From the NCBI GenBank assembly GCA_963744145.1, contig CAVUSO010000001.1:6208001-6272000 (forward strand): DNA of 64,000 bases, written 5' to 3'. Made by a program: the position numbers and the translations under genes. This stretch comes from an uncultured cyanobacterium (GTDB lineage Bacteria > Cyanobacteriota > Cyanobacteriia > Cyanobacteriales > CAWUOF01). Under the pieces are notes generated by a model that was not told where the DNA came from, made no database searches, and worked only from the letters and a program-made list of their open reading frames with translations. This document shows, piece by piece, positions 11,480 through 21,140 of the stretch (its first letter is position 1; each line of letters starts with the position of its first letter).

Positions 11480-12561
11480 TAGAAAAGTCTAACTGTTCGC
11501 AAACAATGGGGCATTGATATCTGATTGCTAATCTGGCTAGTTGCAGACAAGCCTCAACAATTTGAGCTTGTTGTTGGCCGTTGGGTAATCCAGTTTGTAA
11601 CGAGATCTGACCATGTGCTTTGAGATTACCTTCAGGGTCAAGGTATGCCCATCCAATTGAGCCAGGATTTAGGTCAATGCCGATACATCCATAGTTTACA
11701 GAACGCGATATTTGCTTAACTGGTTTTGGGGTAAATTGGACGGCAGTACACCATTTTCCCTCTTTGTAATAAAAGTGCCAAGTCTTAGCACCTGTTGCTG
11801 GTAATCGGTCAATATTTCTGGGGAAATCACCAATGTTGGACTCAACATATTTACCAAATTGGGACTCTAAACAAGCAGGGACTCTAAACTTTAAATTATT
11901 GCCGTCCCATTGGCAAGATTGATTTCCAAAAGATTCACTCTTAGAGCCAACTACAAAGACTTGATTCCTTGGTACGAAAACCCGAATGGGGATAGTTTTT
12001 AGTTTGGCAATCCTTTGTTGATATCGGAACAGTTTTCGTTTCTTATTGTGGATTTGAAACCGTAAATGTTGCCAATTAGTTTGGCGATATTTTAATGAAC
12101 TGGAGAGTGGAAAACCACAGCCAGTCTTACTATTGACCCAATTCTTTTGACGATAAAACTTCCGGGCATCTTTCAGTTTCTTTTCAGCTTTCTTTAACCA
12201 TTGCTCACAAGACTTCGCCTTACCTTCTAAGGTTTTGATATGTAAATCCCTACATTCCTTAGCACTATCAACTGCCCCCTTAGCTGATGCAACTACACCA
12301 GCAGCATGACGTTTGTTTATTTGATAAATATGCTGTAGATGTCTATTCCAATCGGATTTATTGAACGTTTGTCCTGATAACAAATGATTAACAGTTTCAC
12401 ATACTGCCTGACGGAATATTGGCGCATAAGCATTCAAAAACATCTCGCTTCTGAGTTTTGCCAATGGCGTTTAACTCTTCTAGTGGTGTTGGTAGTCCTT
12501 TGCAGTACGTTAGCCTTGTCATTTAGACTTTTAAATCTTTTTTTATATCTGGATCTTAGCA

Positions 12562-13154
12562 TCATTGCTGAGATTCTGCAAGCTTTTCCAAAAGTTTTTT
12601 ATTTTTGTTTGAGCGAGAGCCATAGAGTCGAGCCGAAAATACAGTGATAATCTCTAAAACATCGGAAGCTAGGTCTTCTTCAAAGGTGGCATCTTCTTTT
12701 TTGTTCAGAATGACAATCTCAATGTCGTGATACTCGCAAACAGCAAAGATCAACTCCGCCCCAAATCGTAGTAATCTATCCTTATGTGTTACTACCAAAC
12801 GGGCGATATCCCCATCTAAAATCGCTGTCAGTAGTTTGGCTAAACCTTTTTTCCGATAGTTCATTCCACTACCTAGATCCCTAATTACCTCATATTCCCA
12901 TCCCTTGGACTGGCAATAACCAGACAGCACGGCATCTTGTCTATCAAGGTCTGCTTTTTGGTCTAGGGTAGAAACACGGGCATAGGCGAGGGTTTTGCCT
13001 GGTTTTTGTTCTACAAAGTCTGATAAACGATCAATCTATGTCCTCCATCAGTCCTGACTGATTTAATTTTCCCGTCATTCTCCCATCGTCTGATGGTGTC
13101 TACGCTGACAGCCTTAAGCTCGGCCAGTTCCCCAATACTAATTAATCTATCCAC
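12562..13154 (-). pseudogene. tnpA: IS607 TnpA (MerR-type HTH + serine recombinase), frameshifted near 13030
   Basis: GTG start gives MDRLISIGELAELKAVSVDTIRRWE..RTDGGHR; after a frameshift, TLAYARVSTLDQKADL..DLGSGMNYRKKGL..HKDRLLRFG..EDLASDVLEIITVFSARLYGSRS. Confidence 0.85.
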
Positions 13155-14147
13155 CGTTTTGCCTAGAATTTATCCTCTCAATTATAGGTAAACCTAGGTA
13201 TTTTGGCAACAGTGATCATCCCCATTGCTGGAATAACTTTAAGTAATGTTAGACCATCCTGGAGGATATTTGCAGGAGAAGAAGGAGATGTCACCAAAAT
13301 AGATTGGTGTCAATATCGCGGTTTAGTTGACATTATTCATGGTGGTCCACCCTGTCAACCTTTTTCTATTGCAGGTCATCAAAAAGGTCAAAATGACAGC
13401 CGAGATATGTTTCCTGAATTTGTTCGAGCTATATTGGCAATAGAGCCAATGGCATTTGTGGCTGAAAATGTTACTGCGTTAGTTAGCCAAAAGTTCAGTC
13501 AATATGTAAAAGAAAATATCGAAACCCCACTTCTGCCCAAGTATAACTTAACTAAATTTATTATAAACGCTTCATCTTTCGGAATTCCCCAAATTAGAAA
13601 GCGTGTTTTTTTTGTCGGATTTCGAGATGAAAAAATTGCTGCTAAATATCAGCCACCTTTACCCACACATTATTGGCCAGATTCAGCAATAAAAGTATTT
13701 AATTCACCTGTTCAGCTAGATTTATTTTCTCTACCAGAACAACCAAATACCTTACAACGTTGTTTCGGAGTTCGGGAAGCTTTAGGATTACCTGATATTG
13801 GATTCGATGCTTTATCACCAACGATTCGGAGTTCTCTAACTGGAATACGTCATACCACATCTGTTTTAAGCAGTGTTTCCGCCCAAAAAACCTGGGCTAA
13901 AATGGAAATATGGCCAAATGGAGTTGCTGCAAATCGTGAACAAGCGCGTTTATTTGTTGCCAAAAATGGTCATTTTCGTTTATCTATACCAGATTGTGCA
14001 ATTTTACAAGGTTTTCCCGAAGATTGGCCTATTTGTGGTGCTGTTTATATGGCTTTAGGTCAAATTGGCAATGCTGTCCCACCTCCAATGGCTTATCGAG
14101 TTGCTCTATCTATTGCTCAATCGTTATTTGGATGTTTCTAGATCAGA

Positions 14148-15755
14148 TTATTTCCTCACTGCTACTAATGATTTTTCTGTAACTGTGAGTGGTGCTGTTA
14201 AAGCTGACTCCAAATCAGCACAACCAAATCTTGCTTCCAAAATTGCCATTACTTCGCGACCAAAATCATGAGGATTCTGATTCCAAGCATCTAGACAAAC
14301 TTCTCCAAATAAGGAACCATTAGGCTCGGGATTCCAGAGTAATTTCCGAGCATTCCACGGCATTAAACTCATCGGATTATAACCCGGTTTGAGGATATTT
14401 TGCTCAAAGGCATATTCTTCTAAAAGAGTATGGGGCTGGAGTCCAATAAAGAAAATCGCAGGTTCAACTTTATCAGCTCCAAAAATCCTTTCTAATTCGC
14501 GATGATAGGCTATTGTTTGCTGAATTGTTTCCGGTCGTTCATCAATTACATTAAAAGAATAATTAACAGAAACTAAATCGTTAAACCCAGCGGCTTTTAA
14601 ATCACGGCAATTTTCCAAAACTATCCGTAAGTTATAGCCCATTCGCATTTTTCTCACCAATTCTTGAGAACCGCTAGTAATTCCGATTTCAAAATAATTC
14701 ATCCCAGTTCTCACCATCAGATCGCATAGTTGGGGAGTGAGATTATCAGCGCGAATATAAGCAGCCCAATGGATGTCTTTCATCCCAGCATCAAGAATTT
14801 TTTGTAATAATTCAATGGTATCGTCAATAAATTTTCGAGCGGGAATAAATTGAGCATCGGTAAACCAGAAATTTCTGATTCCTAGATCATATAGTTGACG
14901 CATTTCTGCTACTACTTCATCCGCAGGATTTAGCCGTACTTGCTTACCTTCGATCACTGTATAGATACAGTAGCAACAATTATGAGGACAACCTCGCTTC
15001 GTTTGGACACCGACATAAAAATCTTCGTCTTGGAGATAATAGGCAAATTCTGACCAAATTGATTGAATATATTGGTAGTTACAAGCAGTTTTTTGGATGG
15101 GAGTGGGGTTTTCGTGGATCATGCGATCGCGTGAGGTAGTTTTTCCCACCACATAACAACGTTCATCGCTAAAATCCTGATTTTTGAGAATTTTTTCTAG
15201 TAACACTTCTCCTTCACCGACCGAAACTATTGTCCCGAACGGTAAACTGTGACCGAGCTGCTCATAGAAAACACTGACAGCTCCACCACCTACCACTAAT
15301 TTTGCTTGGGGGTCATATTTTTGGGCTCGTTTTAACCCCCGTTTAATTAAGTGCAAATTGCCCCACAGCTCAGTATAATAAGAGGTGGCTAAACGCAAAC
15401 CACCTAATGCCCCTTTTAATTTAATCAGGGGATTTTTGGCATAGTAGAATTCAAAAGCATTTTGGAGAGGATTACCCCCACGACCACCAACAGGAGCATA
15501 AATTTGGATATCTCGCCAAGAAAAAACGAGTAAATTGGGTTTAAATTCATCAATACAAGCATCGAGGGCACGGTTAAAATCAAGTGGAGGAACAGTACCC
15601 AAATCAAAAATGCGCTGTTTAATGTCTGGAAACATTTTATGGACATAATCTGCCAGATAAACAACACCAATGGGAAAAATCGGATTGCAGGGAAGACGAA
15701 CGTAGAGAATATGATCAGACATATCTTTATATATAGATTGTTCCAGAGAGTTCAT
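14148..15755 (-). CDS. B12-binding radical SAM protein (cyanobacterial PSII high-light acclimation type)
   Basis: CxxxCxxC motif RGCPHNCCYC; N-terminal LYVRLPCNPIFPIGVVYL. Confidence 0.85.
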   Translation of the reverse strand: MNSLEQSIYKDMSDHILYVRLPCNPIFPIGVVYLADYVHKMFPDIKQRIFDLGTVPPLDFNRALDACIDEFKPNLLVFSWRDIQIYAPVGGRGGNPLQNAFEFYYAKNPLIKLKGALGGLRLATSYYTELWGNLHLIKRGLKRAQKYDPQAKLVVGGGAVSVFYEQLGHSLPFGTIVSVGEGEVLLEKILKNQDFSDERCYVVGKTTSRDRMIHENPTPIQKTACNYQYIQSIWSEFAYYLQDEDFYVGVQTKRGCPHNCCYCIYTVIEGKQVRLNPADEVVAEMRQLYDLGIRNFWFTDAQFIPARKFIDDTIELLQKILDAGMKDIHWAAYIRADNLTPQLCDLMVRTGMNYFEIGITSGSQELVRKMRMGYNLRIVLENCRDLKAAGFNDLVSVNYSFNVIDERPETIQQTIAYHRELERIFGADKVEPAIFFIGLQPHTLLEEYAFEQNILKPGYNPMSLMPWNARKLLWNPEPNGSLFGEVCLDAWNQNPHDFGREVMAILEARFGCADLESALTAPLTVTEKSLVAVRK

Positions 15756-16065
15756 TTATTTTTCTTAATTATACTCCTCAGTGGCAACAATCCGAACTAA
15801 TGCTTACCCGGATGAACCTTTTATTTTTATAAAAAAAATTAATCTTTAGATAATGTTTAGATAATTTTAGCAGAAACATCCTGACTGTCTGAGTTAGGGG
15901 CAACAAATAAAAGCTGAAAAAATAAACGGTCAAAAAAGAATTTGATGATCAAGAAGCTAAAAAAAAATCAGTTGGTAGTCATGTTTACAGCACACGGGGA
16001 TCAGAGAGTGTTAATCTAAAAGAGTAATCCTAAAGTGTTGGCGCAGTTAGCTCCTCAGTATTGTT

Positions 16066-16461
16066 ATGGCTCAAATTCTTGATCCCCTACCATCTGAACA
16101 ACCCAGTGGTATAGTCTGCTGCTATGTAAATGCAACAAGCAAGGTTCAGATTGCTCGGATCTGTAATATTCCCAACTGGTACTTTGAGAGGGTGGTTTTT
16201 CCAGGACAGCGCCTGGTCTTTGAAGCACTGCCAGAAGCTGCGCTAGAAATTCACACTGGTATGATGGCTAGCGCAATTCTATCAGATAAAATTTCTTGCG
16301 ATCGCCTTCGAGTTAGTGAAGACAATAATTCGGTCTTTACTCCTACTCCCGAGGAGAGAGTGCCAGAAATAGATAAGAAACAGCGCATAGAACCAATTTC
16401 TAAAAAACATTGGGCCATCTCCGAGCCTTTAACACTGGCGGTTTTAACCGCAGTTGATTGA
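16066..16461 (+). CDS. DUF1830-like cyanobacterial protein
   Basis: MAQILDPLP..CCYVNATSKVQIARICNIPNWYFERVVFPGQRLVFEA. Confidence 0.75.
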   Translation: MAQILDPLPSEQPSGIVCCYVNATSKVQIARICNIPNWYFERVVFPGQRLVFEALPEAALEIHTGMMASAILSDKISCDRLRVSEDNNSVFTPTPEERVPEIDKKQRIEPISKKHWAISEPLTLAVLTAVD

Positions 16462-16626
16462 GATCCAATTTTAACAAACTGACAATTTTTTTCTAGTCCA
16501 GGAACACTTTTGGGTGTTTCTGGACTTTTAAATTTGTGGAAATTGCACGACTAGCGGCTAAACTACTAAAGGTACAAATCCCAATTGGGAAGACCATACT
16601 TTCCCCCGCAGACGGAGATTGAAGTT

Positions 16627-17268
16627 TTGGCGATCGAACTACGTAGTTATGTCTATTTGGACAATTTACAACCGCAGCACGCTGCTTACATGGGAACGGT
16701 GGCACTGGGATTTTTACCATTACCAGGAGATGCGTCCCTGTGGATTGAGATTTCACCAGGGATTGAAATTAATCGCATTACAGATGTTGCGCTCAAATCA
16801 ACTTCTGTACGTCCTGGAGTACAGGTGGTAGAACGTCTTTATGGTCTTCTGGAAGTTCATTCGAGTAAACAAGGGGAAACCCGTACTGCCGGTAAAGCGA
16901 TTTTGGATGCTTTGGGTGTTCACCAACAAGATTGTCTGAAGCCCCGGGTTATTTCTAGCCAAATTATTCGCAATATTGATGCTCACCAAACTCAATTGAT
17001 CAATCGGACCAGACGCGGTCAGATGATTTTAGCGGGACAAACTCTTTATGTGCTTGAAGTCCAACCAGCTGCTTATGCGGCTTTAGCAGCAAATGAAGCA
17101 GAAAAAGCTGCTTCGATTAATATTTTAGAAATTCAGGCTGTTGGGATTTTTGGTCGTCTCTATTTAGGTGGTGAAGAACGTGATATTATGGCTGGTTCTG
17201 GGGCCGCATTGATGGCCATCAAAAATAGTGTTGGTCGGGAAGAGCATCCGGGCGATCGCCCATCCTAA
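16627..17268 (+). CDS. ccmP: Tandem-BMC carboxysome shell protein CcmP
   Basis: [36 protein letters not shown] and [16 protein letters not shown]; probable TTG start at 16627 after GGAG. Confidence 0.85.
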   Translation: MAIELRSYVYLDNLQPQHAAYMGTVALGFLPLPGDASLWIEISPGIEINRITDVALKSTSVRPGVQVVERLYGLLEVHSSKQGETRTAGKAILDALGVHQQDCLKPRVISSQIIRNIDAHQTQLINRTRRGQMILAGQTLYVLEVQPAAYAALAANEAEKAASINILEIQAVGIFGRLYLGGEERDIMAGSGAALMAIKNSVGREEHPGDRPS

Positions 17269-17318
17269 TTCCCATGAATTGCCATTGTTTAGTTGGTGTT
17301 GAATTTTATTAACTCTGT

Positions 17319-18164
17319 ATGAAAGAACATCTTAAGATCCTAAATTCAGGTCCTGTACGTTGGATTGAATGGAGACAAAAAAATCCAGATCTAGAACCAG
17401 ACTTGAGTGCCGCTCACCTAAATGGAGCTAATCTCAGAGGAGCTTATTTAGAAAAAACTTGCTTGAGTCGCGCTAATTTGAGTAAGGCTTTATTGATTAC
17501 AGCTAATCTGAAACAAGCTAATCTTAGTAATGCCAATCTTGAAGCGGCTGAACTAATTGAAGCTAATCTAAGCCGAGCTAATCTGAGCATTGCTAGTTTG
17601 ATCTGTGCTAGTTTGAGTGGAGCTAATCTCAGTGAAGCTAATTTGATTGGGGCTGATTTGAGAGGGGCTAATTTGAGCGATGCTGATCTGGGTGATGCTA
17701 ATTTAATTGGCACTGATCTGACTGGAGCTAATCTGAAAGGAGCAGACTTACAAAGAGCTTTATTAACTAGAACTAATCTCAGCATGGCTGATCTTTATCA
17801 GGCTAATCTTAATCACGCTAACTTAAATAATGCTAATCTTTATGCAGCCGAGTTAAGTGGAGCTTATCTTTATCACGTTGACTTTACTCAAGCTAATCTC
17901 AGTCAGGTTCATCTTAATGGAGCTTATCTATTTGGATCTAATTTCAGTGAGGCTAATTTATTTCGTGCTGATTTGAGATGGACAAATCTTAGTAAAAGTA
18001 ATTTTAATGGTGCTAATCTCAGTTCTGCTAATCTCAGAGGTGCTAACTTAACCAAAGCTAGTATCATCGGTGCTAATCTTCTTGATGCTAATCTTGATGG
18101 TGTAGACCTCAGTAAATGTAATCTTCACGGAACAATTATGCCGGATGGGATCATTCATAATTAA
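17319..18164 (+). CDS. Pentapeptide repeat protein
   Basis: Long A(N/D)Lxx repeat run ending GTIMPDG. Confidence 0.95.
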   Translation: MKEHLKILNSGPVRWIEWRQKNPDLEPDLSAAHLNGANLRGAYLEKTCLSRANLSKALLITANLKQANLSNANLEAAELIEANLSRANLSIASLICASLSGANLSEANLIGADLRGANLSDADLGDANLIGTDLTGANLKGADLQRALLTRTNLSMADLYQANLNHANLNNANLYAAELSGAYLYHVDFTQANLSQVHLNGAYLFGSNFSEANLFRADLRWTNLSKSNFNGANLSSANLRGANLTKASIIGANLLDANLDGVDLSKCNLHGTIMPDGIIHN

Positions 18165-18230
18165 TGTCCTATCGATGGAAAAATCAATCTAGCGATCGCT
18201 GGCAATGATCCGTTAAGTTTAGTAAGCACC

Positions 18231-20522
18231 ATGATTTTTCAATTTTTCCAGAAATATCGCCCATGGCTGTTAATGATCTTACTAACGGGATTAGCAATTT
18301 TATCAATTAAATATATCCCTTTAATTTATGTTCCACAAGCTCCCCAAATATCAACTAATCAAAATCCTGTTTATTTTACGGTTAAAGCCGATCAGATTCG
18401 GATAGATTGGTCTGAAAAAATCGCGAAAATTAGTGAACACCAATTATTTGTCGATGGGAGTAATGGGAATGACGATAACGACGGGGAAACTCTCTTAACA
18501 GCTTTTAAAACTATTCAAAAGTGTGCCGATGCAGCACCTAGTGGTTCTGTTTGTTTGATTCGTGGTGGGGTATATCGCGAAACTGTTATTCCTGCTCATG
18601 ATCAGGTAATTTACCGCAATTATAATCAGGAAAAAGTAACTGTAACTGGTGCTGATTTAATTACTGGATGGCTACCTTTTGATCTTCAGGATCATAAAAA
18701 AATCTATCGCGCTCACCAAGATTGGAATTTAGGGTTAGGTCTGGAGCAAATTATTGTCGATGGGAAAATGATGGTAGCCGCCCGGTGGCCCAATATTTCG
18801 ATCGCTCAGGTTACTACTTTAAAAAATACTGATAAAGCTAGATCTAATGATCGTAATGGTGGAGGACACAGTAGCGATCGGATTGGTTGGTATAATGATA
18901 GTGACCTCAAGGAAGCTGGAGTAAACTGGCAAGGAGGTAAAATTACTTTTGCTCCAGGTTGGTTGTGGAATAATTATACTTGTGATGTGACTAATTCTAC
19001 TCGCGATCGCGTAGATTTTCAATGTCCATTTCCTAGCTTAGAGCAGGAATGGAGTTTTCCTGGTAATAAAGACTATTTTTTTTTATGGGGTAAGTACCAA
19101 GGGTTAGATTATCCGGGGGAATTTTTTCAAGACCCAAAGAACAATAACTTATTTCTTTGGACAGCTGATAGTAGCAATCCGAATACCAAAACAGTTGAGT
19201 CTAAAAAACGCAATTATTGGTTTGTTTTAGATGATCGATCGCAGATTACGATCGAGGGCATAAATTTTATCGCTGGTACTTTCAAATTTAATAATAAAAG
19301 TAACAATAATCTTCTTAATAAGATCAAAGCTAAGTATGTTGGTCACTACATGGATATAGCTCTGATTAACTATACCGATCGCCAGCCAAGAACTATTAAC
19401 ATTCAAGGACATGGTAACCAAATTATTAATAGTGAATTAAGTGACAGCTCAACTAGTATGATATTTTTAGATCATGGCGCTATTAATACTAAAATTGCTA
19501 ATAACATCATCTACAACGTGAATTATAACGGTACAGTTAATGATGGAGCGATCGCTGGAATTGCAACTAATGTGGGAGGAAATGAAACTAATATGGGAGG
19601 AAATGAAACTAATGAGTTTGGGCAAAATACAGTTTTTAATAGTGGCTACAATGGAGTCATGATGGATTCTGGTTTAGATATAAAAAATAATGATGTTTAC
19701 AACACTCATTTTCAAGGTACTGATAGCGGTGCGATTAGTATGAGTCCCGATACAGATGGTAAAGGACTAGAAGTTGCTTATAACTACGTCCATGATGCAA
19801 TGGGTGAAATAGATAAAGATTTAAATCGTTTTGGAGGTCATGGAATTTATGCAGATATTCACACTAAAAACTTTCTTTGGCACCACAATGTAATTTGGCA
19901 TAATTCCGCCGAAAATTTACTAATATTGACCAAGCAAGATGGTCAAACAGGTCTAGTTTATCATAATACATCTGATGGAGAAATAGGTGCTGATGGGAAA
20001 GATATGGACGGGTTAGACTTTAAAAATAACTTAGCGAAAAGCTTTTTGAAAAATTCCCTTGGCTCAGTACCCCAAAGCAATAATTATTGGTACGGTAATA
20101 ATGATCCAAAATTCGTAGACTCAGATCACCATGACTATCGCTTATTACCAAATTCCCCTGCTAAAAATATCGGACAACCAATTCAGATCAACTTCTTCGG
20201 TAAAAATATTAATGTTACTGGTGAATTTGGACAAAATCAACCAGATGTAGGTGCTTTTGAAGGAGAAACCCAAAATTGGGTAGCTGGTGCTATTATATTG
20301 CCGGAAAATGTCGAGAGTTTAAAGATTAATTGTGTTAGCATGGGTAACGATCGGGCTAATTGTGATATTACTAATTTACCAATGGGGCGCAAAATACCTG
20401 CCCAGTTTCAAATGAATGGTTTTGGAGAGATGATTCATTGTATTAATATCACTAACTATACTACTAATATTAGCACTGGTAAATGCTCTAATATCCCAGT
20501 GCTGAAAAAGAAGTTAAACTAA
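18231..20522 (+). CDS. Secreted or membrane-anchored right-handed beta-helix (pectin-lyase-like, DUF1565-type) protein
   Basis: N-terminal TM/signal; FVDGSNGNDDNDG..AFKTIQ..IRGGVYRETV; Asn-rich PbH1-like repeats; DYRLLPNSPA..PDVGAFE. Confidence 0.7.
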   Translation: MIFQFFQKYRPWLLMILLTGLAILSIKYIPLIYVPQAPQISTNQNPVYFTVKADQIRIDWSEKIAKISEHQLFVDGSNGNDDNDGETLLTAFKTIQKCADAAPSGSVCLIRGGVYRETVIPAHDQVIYRNYNQEKVTVTGADLITGWLPFDLQDHKKIYRAHQDWNLGLGLEQIIVDGKMMVAARWPNISIAQVTTLKNTDKARSNDRNGGGHSSDRIGWYNDSDLKEAGVNWQGGKITFAPGWLWNNYTCDVTNSTRDRVDFQCPFPSLEQEWSFPGNKDYFFLWGKYQGLDYPGEFFQDPKNNNLFLWTADSSNPNTKTVESKKRNYWFVLDDRSQITIEGINFIAGTFKFNNKSNNNLLNKIKAKYVGHYMDIALINYTDRQPRTINIQGHGNQIINSELSDSSTSMIFLDHGAINTKIANNIIYNVNYNGTVNDGAIAGIATNVGGNETNMGGNETNEFGQNTVFNSGYNGVMMDSGLDIKNNDVYNTHFQGTDSGAISMSPDTDGKGLEVAYNYVHDAMGEIDKDLNRFGGHGIYADIHTKNFLWHHNVIWHNSAENLLILTKQDGQTGLVYHNTSDGEIGADGKDMDGLDFKNNLAKSFLKNSLGSVPQSNNYWYGNNDPKFVDSDHHDYRLLPNSPAKNIGQPIQINFFGKNINVTGEFGQNQPDVGAFEGETQNWVAGAIILPENVESLKINCVSMGNDRANCDITNLPMGRKIPAQFQMNGFGEMIHCINITNYTTNISTGKCSNIPVLKKKLN

Positions 20523-20609
20523 AAGCGAAGCATTCCGGAACTATTTTTGCGCTCAAGCGATCGCTAAATACCAGTCTATTAATTGCAATTGACAGCCATC
20601 AACATAATG

Positions 20610-21012
20610 TGTAGGGGCGAAGCATTCCGGCAGATCAGTCATAGGTAAACACCAGTAACTTTATCCCGGAATGCTTCGCCCTTCTTTGAGGGTGGTGGAA
20701 TGTAGGGGCGAAGCATTCCGGCAGATCAGTCATAGGTAAACACCAGTAACTTTATCCCGGAATGCTTCGCCCTTCTTGCCGACAGATCAGTTATATGTCA
20801 ATACATTCAGTTAAGAATATTTTGGAGGATACGGGCAAATCAGGGCGAAGCATTCGGATATAATGTTAACCGTTGTGAACGATCGCTTATCGCCCGAATG
20901 CTTCGCCCCTACAATCGATCGCTTGGGGATACGGGCAAATCAGGGCGAAGCATTCGGATATAATATTAACCGTTGTAAACGATCGCTTGTCGCCCGAATG
21001 CTTCGCCCCTAC
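20610..21012. repeat. Composite GTAG-type REP array (left copy): 2 type-A hairpins (period 91) + 2 type-B hairpins (period 100)
   Basis: A = GTAGGGGCGAAGCATTCCGG..CCGGAATGCTTCGCCC; B = GGGCGAAGCATTCGG..CCGAATGCTTCGCCCCTAC; A and B carry GTAG on opposite strands. Confidence 0.9.
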
Positions 21013-21140
21013 AATTAACCGAACCATATTGAGTGCGAAGCGATCGCATTAAATTAATCTCTATCTATAGTATTTTTTTTGAGTGCGATCACCATAAATA
21101 TATCTCAAACTCAATGATATTTGCTTAGGAACTTAGGCTG

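Larger units (their letters stand above)
9449..12522 (-). pseudogene. tnpB: IS607-associated TnpB-like RuvC protein, frameshifted near 12450 and split by IS630
   Basis: Starts MTRLTYCKGLPTP; RuvC-I IGIDLNP and RuvC-II IVCEQLDF; removing the IS630 gives EQLDFSTKKEQLRELGRKYARMLSGWAYS in frame, then VNPAYSSVIG. Confidence 0.8.
9388..13221 (-). mobile_element. IS607-family element (serine-recombinase tnpA + tnpB-like gene) carrying an IS630 insertion
   Basis: GG dinucleotide (minus strand; CC at 9386-87 and 13220-21) at both junctions; related subterminal motif GTAAACCTA near both ends; resolvase and TnpB-like ORFs inside. Confidence 0.85.
9102..14141 (+). pseudogene. C5 DNA cytosine methyltransferase interrupted by a nested IS607/IS630 insertion
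   Basis: 5' part (9102-9387) has motif I SLFSGGGGLDLGF; 3' part (13222-14141) has GGPPCQPFS, ENV, QIRKRVF and QIGNAVPP. Removing 9388-13221 restores the frame (..SYDILPIAGITL.., 401 aa). Confidence 0.9.

Noticed and set aside
9449..12522. TnpB-like gene as a Cas12 effector
   Set aside because: It is paired with an IS607 resolvase, has no CRISPR array nearby and is pseudogenised.
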